From the NCBI GenBank assembly GCA_903839725.1, contig CAIMDG010000002.1, forward strand, positions 65,078-129,077: 64,000 nt of DNA, read 5' to 3'. Positions 19,794 through 30,517 of the stretch are shown in pieces; within the stretch, counting starts at the first letter, position 1; every line of letters begins with the position of its first letter. The notes beneath the pieces were generated by a model. It ran no database searches. It was not told where the DNA came from and was given only the letters and a program-made list of their open reading frames with translations. Source of the stretch: an uncultured bacterium. GTDB taxonomy: Bacteria > Patescibacteriota > Minisyncoccia > Phycocordibacterales > PALSA-1337. The position numbers were made by a program, and so were the translations under genes.

Positions 19794-21071
19794 CTATTCA
19801 AGCTTAGTAATATCTCGAGGGTAGAACACTTCGAGTGTCCATTCAAACATAATGCGGAATCGTTTTTTCCATGAAGCAAATTTGAACAAATACACGGTAC
19901 GCCACATCCACCACGTAAGTTTTCCGAATAACTTGAATCGTCCAATAAATCCGATAGCAAACCACGAACCAACTGAAACCATACTTCCCTTCGAATGATA
20001 TTCGAATGAACGTAATTTCTTTTCTTTAATAGAAGCAATGATATTTCGTGCGACCATATCAGCTTGCTGAACAGCGACTTGAGCGAGCATCGGTAGTGGT
20101 GCATGTTTTGGAGTTGTGTCGGCGTACGCTGCAACATCACCAAATGCAAAAATTCTCTCATTTCCTGTCATATTGAAATATTCGTTAACAGCTAGGCGAC
20201 CAGCGACGAGTGTTGGATCACCTCCTTCAAAATGAGGAACATTGGCTTTGACGCCAGCAGCCCAAATCACCGTATGTGCTGGTATTGATATATTATCCGT
20301 AAGTGTAAGTCCGTCTTTAGTAACTGCAGTAACCGTACTTCCAAGTTGAAGAGAAACACAACGTTCTTTCAGGCGATCAGCTGCAGCTGTACGCAGTGCC
20401 TGGGGAAATGGCTGCAACACCTCAGGTCCGGTATGGACGAGGGTAATAGCCAATTCATCAGCATTACATGATCCTGGGGTACCAGCGTGAGCCTTGTTGT
20501 TATGATAATAACGATCCATAATTTCATGAACAAAATCAGATAATTCGGCGACCGTTTCTACACCAGTCGCACCGCCACCAACAACTGCAAATGAAAGTAG
20601 ATGCAAACGTTCCTTGGGATCATTCACGAGAACTGCTTGCTCAAATGAATCAATGATACGAGCACGAATACGTGCAGCGTCTACAAGATTTTTGAGAGGT
20701 AATGCAAATTTTTCAGCTCCTGAAATACCGTAATAGTTCGTATCAGCACCCGTAGCAATAACGAGGTAATCAAACTCAGTCACTCCAACTGACGTTGTCA
20801 CTGTCTTTGTTGCCGGATTCACGGAAACAACATCGGCTTGAATAACCTGTATACCAGTCCCTGCAAATACTTCACGAAGAGGTTCAGCTACGGATGAAGC
20901 ACTCAGAGATCCGGTTGCAACTTCATGCAACAAAGGTGTAAACAAAAAATAATTAGTACGATTGATGATTGTCACATCAATCTTTCCTGCTTTCACTTGT
21001 GGTACTAGTTTCTTTGCGAGATACACTCCCCCGAAACCTGCACCAAGTATGACGATATGTGGACGGATCAT
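19794..21071 (-). CDS. type II NADH dehydrogenase (NDH-2) / pyridine nucleotide-disulfide oxidoreductase
   Basis: Two dinucleotide-binding motifs: 'IVILGAGFGGV' and 'VVGGGATGVE'. Confidence 0.8.
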   Translation of the reverse strand: MIRPHIVILGAGFGGVYLAKKLVPQVKAGKIDVTIINRTNYFLFTPLLHEVATGSLSASSVAEPLREVFAGTGIQVIQADVVSVNPATKTVTTSVGVTEFDYLVIATGADTNYYGISGAEKFALPLKNLVDAARIRARIIDSFEQAVLVNDPKERLHLLSFAVVGGGATGVETVAELSDFVHEIMDRYYHNNKAHAGTPGSCNADELAITLVHTGPEVLQPFPQALRTAAADRLKERCVSLQLGSTVTAVTKDGLTLTDNISIPAHTVIWAAGVKANVPHFEGGDPTLVAGRLAVNEYFNMTGNERIFAFGDVAAYADTTPKHAPLPMLAQVAVQQADMVARNIIASIKEKKLRSFEYHSKGSMVSVGSWFAIGFIGRFKLFGKLTWWMWRTVYLFKFASWKKRFRIMFEWTLEVFYPRDITKLE

Positions 21072-21124
21072 GTAATTTTAAATTGATTATATAACTAGTA
21101 CGATCGAAAACTTCTTTGTGGTGC

Positions 21125-21919
21125 TTACAAACCAGCGAGACGAATCGCACAATACAATACAACAACACCAAGTAGTGTCATACCGGTAGTCAATAATTTT
21201 GGATGACTATGCTGACTTTCAGGAATCAAATCACTCGCACCAATATACAAAAAGAAGCCAGAGAATAAGGCGAGAATAATACTGAGATATTGTTCTGATA
21301 CGGTGAAGAACATCGTTGAGATAACACCGATCATAGGTGCGATCGCATCAACTGCAAGCCAGCGTAATGCAGTCTTTGATTTGCCCTGATTTTTGAGAAT
21401 CATACTCACCGTATTCACGCCGTCAGAAAAATCGTGAACCAATACGGCAACGGCGACTATCACACCAACCGCTGATGAGACTTGGAAAGCAAGACCGATG
21501 GCTACACCATCAAAAAAACTATGCACAGAAAGACTTCCTGCACCGAGCACGCCACGACGAAGTTTTTTCGATTCTATAACAGCCGGCTCATATTCATGGT
21601 CATGTTCATGCCTTGAATCATCAGAAGCTTGTGCTGGTGAAGATTCACAATCTTCGTGGGCATGAGCGTGGAGAAATACAGCACGATCGAGAATCAAATA
21701 TATTAAAAATCCTAAAGCTACAATACCCATAATTGTCTCCGTACTAAAATAACGAGAACCAAGATTGAGTGATTCGGGAATAAGGTCAAAAAAAGCCACA
21801 GCTACAACTGCACCTGCACTAAAACCAAGGATAAGATGAAGCTTGTCTCTGAGGCGTACAGCCACCAAACCGCCAATAAGCGTTGCTACAAGGGTTGCGA
21901 TAGAAATAAGGAGTATCAT
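21125..21919 (-). CDS. ZIP-family metal cation transporter (ZupT-like)
   Basis: His-rich loop 'HAHAHEDCE...HEHDHE' and 'HSFFDGVAIG' ZIP signature. Confidence 0.75.
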   Translation of the reverse strand: MILLISIATLVATLIGGLVAVRLRDKLHLILGFSAGAVVAVAFFDLIPESLNLGSRYFSTETIMGIVALGFLIYLILDRAVFLHAHAHEDCESSPAQASDDSRHEHDHEYEPAVIESKKLRRGVLGAGSLSVHSFFDGVAIGLAFQVSSAVGVIVAVAVLVHDFSDGVNTVSMILKNQGKSKTALRWLAVDAIAPMIGVISTMFFTVSEQYLSIILALFSGFFLYIGASDLIPESQHSHPKLLTTGMTLLGVVVLYCAIRLAGL

Positions 21920-21949
21920 ACGTTGAATACAAAAAGTATAGCGTATAAA

Positions 21950-22441
21950 TTAATATATCGCGAATACAACAAATAGTATGAGAAATAGTACTGAAGCAAC
22001 TATTTTGACTCCAGCACCAGCGAGTGAACCGAGGAGGCTACCAGTAGCTGCGCGATGAGCTTGAGATACATTGCGTGTTCTATACCATTCAGACGCCAAG
22101 ACCCCAAAAAACATTCCAACTAAACTTCCAATAATAGGTACAGGAATAAAAGCTGAGCCAAGAATAAGTCCAGCGAGACCAGATATAAGTGAAGACCAAT
22201 GAGCACCTCCCCACTTGGCACCGATCATTCCAGACACAGTATCGATGATCATAGCAATTGCAGCAACTGCTCCTAATATTGCAAGATCAATGAGAGTCAT
22301 CACGGTGAAATGATCATAGAAACCGTACAACAAGGCAATTACAATCATATACAACATACCCGGAATCGCGGGAATGATTGACATGATGATACCTGGAATA
22401 AGGAGAACTCCCGCAATGATGAGAATGATGGTGTGGGTCAT
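21950..22441 (-). CDS. small membrane protein, DUF456-like
   Basis: Multi-TM protein with a 'GMIGAKWGGA' motif. Confidence 0.4.
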   Translation of the reverse strand: MTHTIILIIAGVLLIPGIIMSIIPAIPGMLYMIVIALLYGFYDHFTVMTLIDLAILGAVAAIAMIIDTVSGMIGAKWGGAHWSSLISGLAGLILGSAFIPVPIIGSLVGMFFGVLASEWYRTRNVSQAHRAATGSLLGSLAGAGVKIVASVLFLILFVVFAIY

Positions 22442-22459
22442 GCCTATATAATAGCACTT

Positions 22460-24244
22460 CTAACTTTTTATAAATCCCTGAGATTGTAGTGACCACAATG
22501 TTGAATACAGACCTTTCTTTTTCAACAATTCATCATGACTACCCTGTTCGATGATTGAACCATGTTCAAGCACTACAATGCGATTCATTTTACTGATCGT
22601 TGAAAGTCTGTGAGCAATCACTACCACTGTTTTATTTTTCATAAGAACATCAAGAGCGTCCTGAATAAGCATTTCTGAATGTGAATCGAGACTTGACGTT
22701 GCTTCATCGAGAACAAGAATAGGTGCATTCTTGAGAATAGCTCTCGCAATAGCAACACGCTGACGTTCACCACCAGAAAGTTTGATACCGCGTTCACCAA
22801 CATAGGTGTCATAGCCTTTTGGTAAAGTCTCTATGAATTCATGACAATGCGCGAGCTTGGCAGCACGTATTACCTCTTCATCGGTCGCATCAGTCTTGCC
22901 GTACTTTATATTTTCCTTGAGCGTACGGTGGAACAATATTGGATCCTGTGGTACGAAACTGATTGATTCACGCAAGCTTCCTTGAGATATCTGTGTGATA
23001 TCTTGACCATCGATAGAGATAGAACCTTTCTGAATATCATACAAACGCAATAACAATCTAACCATAGTTGATTTGCCTGCACCTGAAGGACCGATGAGTG
23101 CAACACGTTCGCCGGGTTTAATATTCAAGGTAATATCATTCAAGACTCCTGAACCTTCATTGAAATGAAAACCTATATTGCTGAAATCAATTGCACCCGA
23201 TGTAACAGTAAGTGACTTTGCATGAGGAGCGTCTTTGATACCATGAGAAAGTTTCATGATTTCAACAGCTTCTTTGGCATCAGCAAAAGCTTCGTAGAGA
23301 TCACGTAAGATACGACTCCATGCCCAGAAATTACTCATGAGACCGATGATATATATCTGGATCAATACAAACGTTCCAACTGATATCATGCCCATTCCCC
23401 AAAACTTAATAGCAACATAAAAGATAAAGAATTCTGTAGCAACATTGAGAATTGCTTGTATTGCATCAATTACATTTGAGATATTCCACTTTGCACTCAG
23501 AGCCTTGGTATGAATTGTATTGGCAATACCAAAAAGCTTCGATTCGTGAGAAAAACGATTGAACATCTGTATTGTTGCATGATTCGAAAGACTATCAGCC
23601 ATAGCTGCAGTTGCTCGAGATTCAACTTCGGCCGAACGAATATCATACGGTATTTTCCAGCGTGAAAATATAAATGAAAGTGCGAGAAACACAATCATCC
23701 AAATAATAATAGCGATAGTGAGTGCTGGTTGTATGTACCAGAGAACGATACAAACACCGATAACTCGAACCAAAATTGGTATGATTTCTTGGAAGAACCT
23801 GTCAGTCACACGTTCAAATGAACGCATAAAACGATTTATTTTTTGTACCAATGAACTACTGAATGTGTTACTGAAAAAGGCATACGAATGACCGATAATG
23901 TAGTCGTATGCATCTTGACGCAAATGATTCATAATCCCTGTCTGTATATGAACAATGGCAAATGCATACACACGAAAACTTATCCATGCAATACCATTCA
24001 TCAATAATATGAAAAGAATAATATGTATAAGTTGAGGAGTCGCTACCTGAGGAGTTACCCCTTGTGTTAAGACATCAAAAAATTTCTTATAGTAAAGAGG
24101 TGCAACAATACTCGCAGATACAATCGGTACAATGGTAGTAATAGTCGCAATCGTAAGCGAAAGCCAGTACTTTTTGGCAACACGTCCGTACTCCTTGAAG
24201 ACGTCAATGACAGTAACTTTTGGATAGTTTTGTTTATGAGACAT
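22460..24244 (-). CDS. ABC transporter permease/ATP-binding protein (exporter, MsbA-like)
   Basis: Six-TM N-terminal domain plus Walker A 'GPSGAGKST', signature 'LSGGERQR' and Walker B 'ILVLDE'. Confidence 0.85.
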   Translation of the reverse strand: MSHKQNYPKVTVIDVFKEYGRVAKKYWLSLTIATITTIVPIVSASIVAPLYYKKFFDVLTQGVTPQVATPQLIHIILFILLMNGIAWISFRVYAFAIVHIQTGIMNHLRQDAYDYIIGHSYAFFSNTFSSSLVQKINRFMRSFERVTDRFFQEIIPILVRVIGVCIVLWYIQPALTIAIIIWMIVFLALSFIFSRWKIPYDIRSAEVESRATAAMADSLSNHATIQMFNRFSHESKLFGIANTIHTKALSAKWNISNVIDAIQAILNVATEFFIFYVAIKFWGMGMISVGTFVLIQIYIIGLMSNFWAWSRILRDLYEAFADAKEAVEIMKLSHGIKDAPHAKSLTVTSGAIDFSNIGFHFNEGSGVLNDITLNIKPGERVALIGPSGAGKSTMVRLLLRLYDIQKGSISIDGQDITQISQGSLRESISFVPQDPILFHRTLKENIKYGKTDATDEEVIRAAKLAHCHEFIETLPKGYDTYVGERGIKLSGGERQRVAIARAILKNAPILVLDEATSSLDSHSEMLIQDALDVLMKNKTVVVIAHRLSTISKMNRIVVLEHGSIIEQGSHDELLKKKGLYSTLWSLQSQGFIKS

Positions 24245-24296
24245 ACAATTTAGGATAGCATAAAACTATCTTGGTTTCGATTGTGAGATTTAGTGG

Positions 24297-24782
24297 TTAT
24301 AACAGATTCTTAACTCCCTCGTAAACACTTCCCTTCAAATAACAAGATACTCCGTATTTACTTGCATCAAAGTGTGGTTCGGGAAGATTATGTGGATCAC
24401 ACCACTCCCAGCCCTCACATTTTTGTGGTTCCATATTTTTGAGTTCCCCTGAATATTTCTTAACCAGCAGCACAACAGAAATATAGTGCCTACCTTCTTC
24501 TTTATATGTTTCCAAATTATTTGTCACCGCAATAACCTGTGGATCAAGAATATCTAGATTGGTTTCTTCTTTAATTTCTCTTTTTATACCATCTTCAAAA
24601 GTTTCACCCATCTCGAGGCGTCCACCGGGAATGGAATATTTAGGAGCATGTACACCCTTTCTTTTACCAACCAAAATTTTTCCATCTGTATTTACAATGA
24701 TGACCCCTAAGCCCACTTGAGGATATTTTTGGGATTCCATGGGTGTAGTATAACAAAATTTATATAGTATGCTTTTTCCCAA
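24297..24782 (-). CDS. Nudix hydrolase
   Basis: Nudix box 'GGRLEMGETFEDGIKREIKEETNL'. Confidence 0.75.
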   Translation of the reverse strand: MGKSILYKFCYTTPMESQKYPQVGLGVIIVNTDGKILVGKRKGVHAPKYSIPGGRLEMGETFEDGIKREIKEETNLDILDPQVIAVTNNLETYKEEGRHYISVVLLVKKYSGELKNMEPQKCEGWEWCDPHNLPEPHFDASKYGVSCYLKGSVYEGVKNLL

Positions 24783-25329
24783 ACAACACCATTTCTGTTA
24801 TCTCTAACATTGCACCCGTAGAACCAGCATACTTTTTATCAAAGTGTTTATTTTTTGTTTCAGAAAAACCTAGTTTTTTATAAAAATTAATAGCTTTTGA
24901 ATTCAAGGAGAATACATCGAGGAACGTATCATTATCTTGATTTAATAGGTTATAAGTATCATCAAATAATTTTTTACTCAATCCAAGACCTTGAAAATCG
25001 GGTAAAATATATACAGCTTCTATTTTGTTTATACTATCCTGCTTTTCCGCAAAACAACATCCAATAATTCTACCGCTGTCATCTTTGGCGACAAATAAGA
25101 TATTCGTTTCTGTAAAAGTAGCGATCGCCGCTCTAATTTTGCCAGCTCCATCTTTAATCTTTTTAGGACTAAAATGATCATCAATTTCTTTTTCAGTCCA
25201 TCCACACAATCTATACATTCCCTTTGATGCCTCACTAACTAATGCCTGGATACCTTCCGCATCCTCAGCGATTCCTTTCAGGATTTCAACTTTATTTGAT
25301 TTGATTTCGTATGTTTTTTCATTTTCCAT
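24760..25329 (-). CDS. GNAT-family N-acetyltransferase
   Basis: 'ILPDFQGLGLSKKLF' and 'AINFYKKLGF' acetyl-CoA binding motifs. Confidence 0.7.
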   Translation of the reverse strand: MENEKTYEIKSNKVEILKGIAEDAEGIQALVSEASKGMYRLCGWTEKEIDDHFSPKKIKDGAGKIRAAIATFTETNILFVAKDDSGRIIGCCFAEKQDSINKIEAVYILPDFQGLGLSKKLFDDTYNLLNQDNDTFLDVFSLNSKAINFYKKLGFSETKNKHFDKKYAGSTGAMLEITEMVLFGKKHTI

Positions 25330-25416
25330 ATAAGTAAATTATACCAGATTATGTATCTAGCATGCCTATGGAATTATTCTATTAACGCGACTTGAGCGCC
25401 CGAACTGCGCTCTTGT

Positions 25417-25490
25417 TGGCTGCCAGACTTGGACTCGAACCAAGATACACAGCTCCAGAGGCTGCGGTCCTACCATTAGACGATCTGGCA
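25417..25490 (-). tRNA. tRNA-Gln (anticodon CUG), CCA encoded
   Basis: Cloverleaf read on the minus strand: acceptor UGCCAGA/UCUGGCA, anticodon loop 'CUCUGGA', T-loop 'GGTTCGAGTCC', 3' GCCA. Confidence 0.8.
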
Positions 25491-25537
25491 ATGGTCTCAC
25501 TAAAATACCTTAAAAATGCTTATTATTCAAGTTGTAC

Positions 25538-26425
25538 CTATACCGAAGTAATAACCGCCAAAGTAATCGCTGTCGCAATTGCCCCGACCAAACCAATTTT
25601 TTGATGAATCTGTAACTTTTCTTTATTGATGAATAACCCAAGGATAACAGCAATGATGATATAACTCTCAGAAATAGCAGTGGCAACACCGATCGAAACC
25701 ATACTCATAGAAAATACAAATGCAACCCATGCAATCTTGTCGGCAATAGCCATAGGGATCAATAAAGAAAAATGACGTCGTATATCCTTGAATGATTGGC
25801 CGAGTCTTCTCTTGTGTATGAGATAGAGAGCACACGCAACAGTGAGAAATGTATCCGTAAAAAAGTTAACCATGAGCGGATCAGTCACTCGACCACCCCA
25901 ACCCATGAAGAAATTCGCACATCCCATGGTAATAGCAGAGACAAATGCCAAGATAATTCCTCTTTCAAAAAACAAAGATTTTGAGATGCGACCCTTGAAT
26001 GCAAGGAGCATCAGTCCAATCATGAGTACTATAATAAGTCCTATCTGCAACAATGAAATGCGTTCATGCAGTATGAAAAATGCCAACAATGCTGCTGCCG
26101 GTATTTCAAAAGACCATACAGGTTCTACAATAGCTAACTTACCCACACGTAACGCTTCTAGATCAAGTAATGCTGCTACAAACAATATGACACTAGCGAT
26201 AAGAAGTATATATATTCCACTATTGCCGGAAACAAACAGATTGATCATCGAATGCCACATAAACGGAGCAAGCAAGATCATACTGAACAATGACAAAATA
26301 AAAAGTGTTTCCCAATCACCAACTTTACGAGTAGACCGTTGAATGAAAAAATCGCCAAAGCCCCATGAAAGCATAGCGATGAATGCGAGCCCTATGCCAA
26401 ACGCAACAGTTATAGTCATGGACAC
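25538..26425 (-). CDS. DMT-superfamily (EamA-like) transporter
   Basis: 10-TM protein with duplicated EamA-like halves. Confidence 0.65.
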   Translation of the reverse strand: MSMTITVAFGIGLAFIAMLSWGFGDFFIQRSTRKVGDWETLFILSLFSMILLAPFMWHSMINLFVSGNSGIYILLIASVILFVAALLDLEALRVGKLAIVEPVWSFEIPAAALLAFFILHERISLLQIGLIIVLMIGLMLLAFKGRISKSLFFERGIILAFVSAITMGCANFFMGWGGRVTDPLMVNFFTDTFLTVACALYLIHKRRLGQSFKDIRRHFSLLIPMAIADKIAWVAFVFSMSMVSIGVATAISESYIIIAVILGLFINKEKLQIHQKIGLVGAIATAITLAVITSV

Positions 26426-26456
26426 TATTATAATACACTTAGGTTTCTAGAAGAAA

Positions 26457-28289
26457 CTATTTTCTCTTTCTTTCCTTTGCAGCTTTCATAAACTCAGTAA
26501 ACAATGGGTGTGGTGTGAGAGGTCGAGCCAAGAATTCTGGATGAAATTGTGTACCGAGGAAAAACGGATGCACTTCACGTGGCAATTCAGCAATTTCCAT
26601 AAGTGTGCCATCAGGAGACTTTCCAGAGAATACGAGACCTGCCTTCTCAAGCTTTTCAATATACTTTGGATTGACCTCGTAGCGATGACGATGACGCTCT
26701 TTGATTGTAGCTGTAGGCTTCGTCAACTTATTCAAACCAACATATGAATACGCATCTTGCGCAACTGATCCTTTCAACAATTTCGCTGGATATAAGCCCA
26801 GACGCATTGAAGCACCATACTGACCTTCAGCCAATTTCTTCTTCTGGTCAGGCATAATATCTATAACAAGGTGAGGTGCTTTTTCATCGATTTCAGCCGT
26901 ATTCGCACCATTCAAGCCAACAACATTACGAGCGTACTCGATGGTCATGAGTTGCATACCATAGCATAGGCCAAAGTATGGAATCTTGTTTTCGCGACAG
27001 TAGCGAATCACATTAAGCTTCCCTTCAATACCTGATTCTCCAAATCCCCCCGGAACTATAATTCCGTCCATACTGTCGAGTAAGGCGAAAGCAGAGTTTT
27101 CGACGGGTCGAGGACTGTCCGAGCGTAACGCTAGTGGAGCGAGTTCCGCAGACCCCGAGAAAACTGCTGCTTTCGCCTTACTCATAACTTCAAAATCACG
27201 GGAATTAATAGTGTGTATGATGGGCTTAACTTTTACGATATGACCAGAGAATTTGATAGCTTCGAGTACAGACATGTAACTATCAGAAAGAATAAAATCA
27301 CCAGTATTAAAATATTTTCCAACGATAGCAATATTGAGCGGACGATCATCATGATCTTTGATACCTCGAGCCATTTTTTTCCATTCTTGGAATGTATCAG
27401 AAGTCTTCACTGCAGGAAGTGACAATGTATCAAGTAGTATTTCTGCAAGTTTATCTTTCTCAAAATTAACGGGTACATCGTATATACTCTTAATATCTGG
27501 TGCGGATATCACACGTTCAATCGGAATATTACATGCAACGGCAATCTTCTCTTTACGACGATCATCGAGTGGTGTTGCTGCACGCGCAATAATGATATCG
27601 GTATTCACGCCATATGAAGCCAACTGATGAACTGCATTTTGCGTTGGACGTGATTTCATTTCACCGAGAGCTCCTGGAGTTGGAAGGTATGAAACCATGA
27701 TGAATACCACATCATTTGGATGACGCATCTTGAGTACACGCGCAGCTTCGATGAACATGACGTTACCGTAGTCACCAACTGTGCCACCAATCTCAATAAT
27801 TGAAATCTGCGACTTATTTATTTTTGCAGCGTGTTCAAAACGCTCAACAATATTATCGCGAATATGTGGAATAGCTTCGACACATTTACCTCCATATTTG
27901 AGTGCGCGCTCTTTTTCGATCACTTCACGGTAGACCATACCACTCGTAATATAATCATGTGGCGAAAGATCTCGTCCAAGGAATCGCTCATAATTCCCCA
28001 TATCCTGATCAGTTTCCAATCCAGAATTCAAAACAAATGCTTCACCGTGTTCCGTTGGGTTCATGGTACCTGCATCAACATTTAAATACGGATCAACTTT
28101 AACCAAATTAACCGCAAATCCTTTTGCAACCAAAATAGTACCAATCGAAGAACTGGCAATGCCCTTTCCTACACCGGACATAACACCGCCGATGACAAAA
28201 ATATATTTATGGTGGGGCTTAGAAATCGCTGGCGTTTTTTTCTTCGCTTTGAGGGGGACGACCTTGGCTCGTGTGGCCATTCGTTTCAT
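26457..28289 (-). CDS. pyrG: CTP synthase with Lys-rich N-terminal extension
   Basis: 'GGTVGDYGNVMFIEA' synthetase domain and glutamine amidotransferase 'GLCYGMQ'. About 40 extra basic residues at the N-terminus. Confidence 0.9.
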   Translation of the reverse strand: MKRMATRAKVVPLKAKKKTPAISKPHHKYIFVIGGVMSGVGKGIASSSIGTILVAKGFAVNLVKVDPYLNVDAGTMNPTEHGEAFVLNSGLETDQDMGNYERFLGRDLSPHDYITSGMVYREVIEKERALKYGGKCVEAIPHIRDNIVERFEHAAKINKSQISIIEIGGTVGDYGNVMFIEAARVLKMRHPNDVVFIMVSYLPTPGALGEMKSRPTQNAVHQLASYGVNTDIIIARAATPLDDRRKEKIAVACNIPIERVISAPDIKSIYDVPVNFEKDKLAEILLDTLSLPAVKTSDTFQEWKKMARGIKDHDDRPLNIAIVGKYFNTGDFILSDSYMSVLEAIKFSGHIVKVKPIIHTINSRDFEVMSKAKAAVFSGSAELAPLALRSDSPRPVENSAFALLDSMDGIIVPGGFGESGIEGKLNVIRYCRENKIPYFGLCYGMQLMTIEYARNVVGLNGANTAEIDEKAPHLVIDIMPDQKKKLAEGQYGASMRLGLYPAKLLKGSVAQDAYSYVGLNKLTKPTATIKERHRHRYEVNPKYIEKLEKAGLVFSGKSPDGTLMEIAELPREVHPFFLGTQFHPEFLARPLTPHPLFTEFMKAAKERKRK

Positions 28290-28490
28290 AGACTCATTGT
28301 AGTTGAATCAGTATATGATTGTCTACTTGATTAGTTGAATGAAACTATGTTGCAACACATAAACAATACTCGTACTTGGTGATATTTCACCAACGAAAGT
28401 CCTGTCTCATAATAACTTGCAAAAACACGAAAATAATGTAATGTAAAGGGTCGTTAGTCAACTTCAACGAAACCCTTAGAACCTTTACAT

Positions 28491-29045
28491 ATGACTGCGC
28501 AATTAAAGAACCGACCCAAAGTCGGCATCCTGCTTGTAACCAACGGCAAAAATGGCGACTACGTGGCACACCTGCAAATGAGGGGTGTCCATGATTATCG
28601 CAAGGACTGCCCCCAAACATGGCCCGGGACTTACCAAGTCACCGTCGAAGGCAAGAAACATCAAGGCGAAAGCAATCTTGAAGCCTTACGCCGCGAACTG
28701 CGCGAAGAACTTCAACAGTCTGCAGGAGAATTTGTTCTCAAAATGTTGGTAGGTGATGGTCTCAAAAATGATTCAATCCTGCTACACGAAGAAGATATCA
28801 TCATTTACCAATTATTGGTGCCGAGCGATCTCTTCAAGAACTACGGTATTTACCTCGAAAACATTACCGGCGGACTTCGCCCAATCACCCGCGAAGATGT
28901 CATCGGAATTCGCTTGGTTCGTCCGGAGTGGCGCACGATAATCCACCCCTACAGCCAGAACACCATTATCGTGAAGCCTCACGTCAAAAAGGCACTCGAA
29001 ATACTCTTCAAAAGATACCCGAAGCCTGGCAAGAAAAAGAAGTAA
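28491..29045 (+). CDS. divergent Nudix-like hydrolase (GC-rich singleton)
   Basis: 'GESNLEALRRELREELQ' fits the Nudix E-x7-REUxEE pattern. Higher local GC and its own terminator. Confidence 0.45.
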   Translation: MTAQLKNRPKVGILLVTNGKNGDYVAHLQMRGVHDYRKDCPQTWPGTYQVTVEGKKHQGESNLEALRRELREELQQSAGEFVLKMLVGDGLKNDSILLHEEDIIIYQLLVPSDLFKNYGIYLENITGGLRPITREDVIGIRLVRPEWRTIIHPYSQNTIIVKPHVKKALEILFKRYPKPGKKKK

Positions 29046-29061
29046 CCACTTCCCCACGCAA

Positions 29062-29090
29062 ACGCCGCGAGCAATTCGCGGCGTTTTTTA
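29062..29090 (+). terminator. rho-independent terminator
   Basis: 'ACGCCGCGA-GCAAT-TCGCGGCGT' followed by 'TTTTTT'. Confidence 0.7.
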
Positions 29091-29175
29091 ATACATCATT
29101 TCAAAAATTTTACATACGTTAGATAAAAAAGCCCTCGCACTAAAAGTGGGAGGGTGGCCAAAAAGATAAAAATGA

Positions 29176-29493
29176 TCAAACGACAAGTTTTTTATTTGCT
29201 GCACGATCACTCATCATGTTGTCAGCGATGTGGGTCGTGACTTCTTCCACATCAATTCGCTGAAGAGAAAAATTGTCCATCCGATTACTTTCCTGAGAGG
29301 TGATTTCCTCCAGGCGTTGTTTGGCTTTCGCATCGCACTCTTCGAGACTCGCACCTTCGAAGGTGGATTCTTCGTAAACAAGCGGTGATTCATCAGGACG
29401 GAATGATTTGATCCGATATTTTATTTTCATCATATATTTCAAGGGGTCGAATGTTGTTTGTTGCTCTAGAGATGCCAAAACAAACACTACCAC
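29176..29493 (-). CDS. hypothetical small protein
   Basis: ORF with a downstream minus-strand terminator. No motif. Confidence 0.3.
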   Translation of the reverse strand: MVVFVLASLEQQTTFDPLKYMMKIKYRIKSFRPDESPLVYEESTFEGASLEECDAKAKQRLEEITSQESNRMDNFSLQRIDVEEVTTHIADNMMSDRAANKKLVV

Positions 29494-29537
29494 CAGAAAA
29501 TTGCAGTGTCAAACACAGTTCTCTATTCAACGTATCC

Positions 29538-30494
29538 CTACACCTTGAGATATCGGCGAGCTGCCACATAACTTGAGACTCCCCCGAGAATAATACCCGC
29601 CCCAATGATGAAGACGAAAATCTGTCCGAAATTCTGCATAAAATATTGTGAGAAAATATTGATGACCAAACCAAAATCAGCAGCGATTTGAATTCCTGCA
29701 AAACGGAATATGAGTGCAGTACTCCAATATGAGAATGCGGCCATAACAACAAGTGTGATTACACCAGAAACAAGGCCATACATAATTCCCGAAACAACCA
29801 ACGGACCACGGACATAGGTATTACTTGCACCAACTAGCTTCATAACAGAAATTTCATCACGTTCAGTAAAGATAATAAGACGAATCGTATTCCATACGAC
29901 AATAATCGCCACCAAAATCAATATAATAGCAACAACAGAACCAGCTTTTTCTGCTGCAGGAATAATCCTACTCAAACGATCAATCACTAATTTATTTTGT
30001 TCATAGTTTACCTTTTCAATCAATGGAACTCCTGAAGCATCCTGAGGATTCTTTGTCTGAAGGAAATGAGCAATACCAGCATATTGTCCTGGATCCTTCG
30101 CCTTGATGGTCAACATTGCAGGAAATGGATTGCTACCAATCTCATCGAGACCTTGCATGATGTATGCATTGTCTTGCCATTTATTCTTGAAATTCGCCAA
30201 TACCTGATCACGAGAAATGTATGTCGTACTAGCAACTTCAGCTAACTTATTGATATCTTGCACCACTGAAAGAATATCTGATTCTTGAGCAGTCAATGTA
30301 AAGTAGACATTCACATCCACTTTATCTTTGACATCAGTGAGCAATGCTCGTCCAAATGCACTACCGAATATAAGACCACCAAATGCACACAATGAAAGTG
30401 TAATTACCACAATTGCTGCGAATGACAAAAAACCATTACGCCAGAAATTGACGAAGCCGGTGCGAATGATTCTTTTGAGTGGAGTAATAAACAT
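29538..30494 (-). CDS. ftsX: cell division permease FtsX-like
   Basis: Four-TM FtsX-like permease topology immediately downstream of ftsE. Confidence 0.75.
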   Translation of the reverse strand: MFITPLKRIIRTGFVNFWRNGFLSFAAIVVITLSLCAFGGLIFGSAFGRALLTDVKDKVDVNVYFTLTAQESDILSVVQDINKLAEVASTTYISRDQVLANFKNKWQDNAYIMQGLDEIGSNPFPAMLTIKAKDPGQYAGIAHFLQTKNPQDASGVPLIEKVNYEQNKLVIDRLSRIIPAAEKAGSVVAIILILVAIIVVWNTIRLIIFTERDEISVMKLVGASNTYVRGPLVVSGIMYGLVSGVITLVVMAAFSYWSTALIFRFAGIQIAADFGLVINIFSQYFMQNFGQIFVFIIGAGIILGGVSSYVAARRYLKV

Positions 30495-30517
30495 AAGATT
30501 AAGATAATTACATTAAT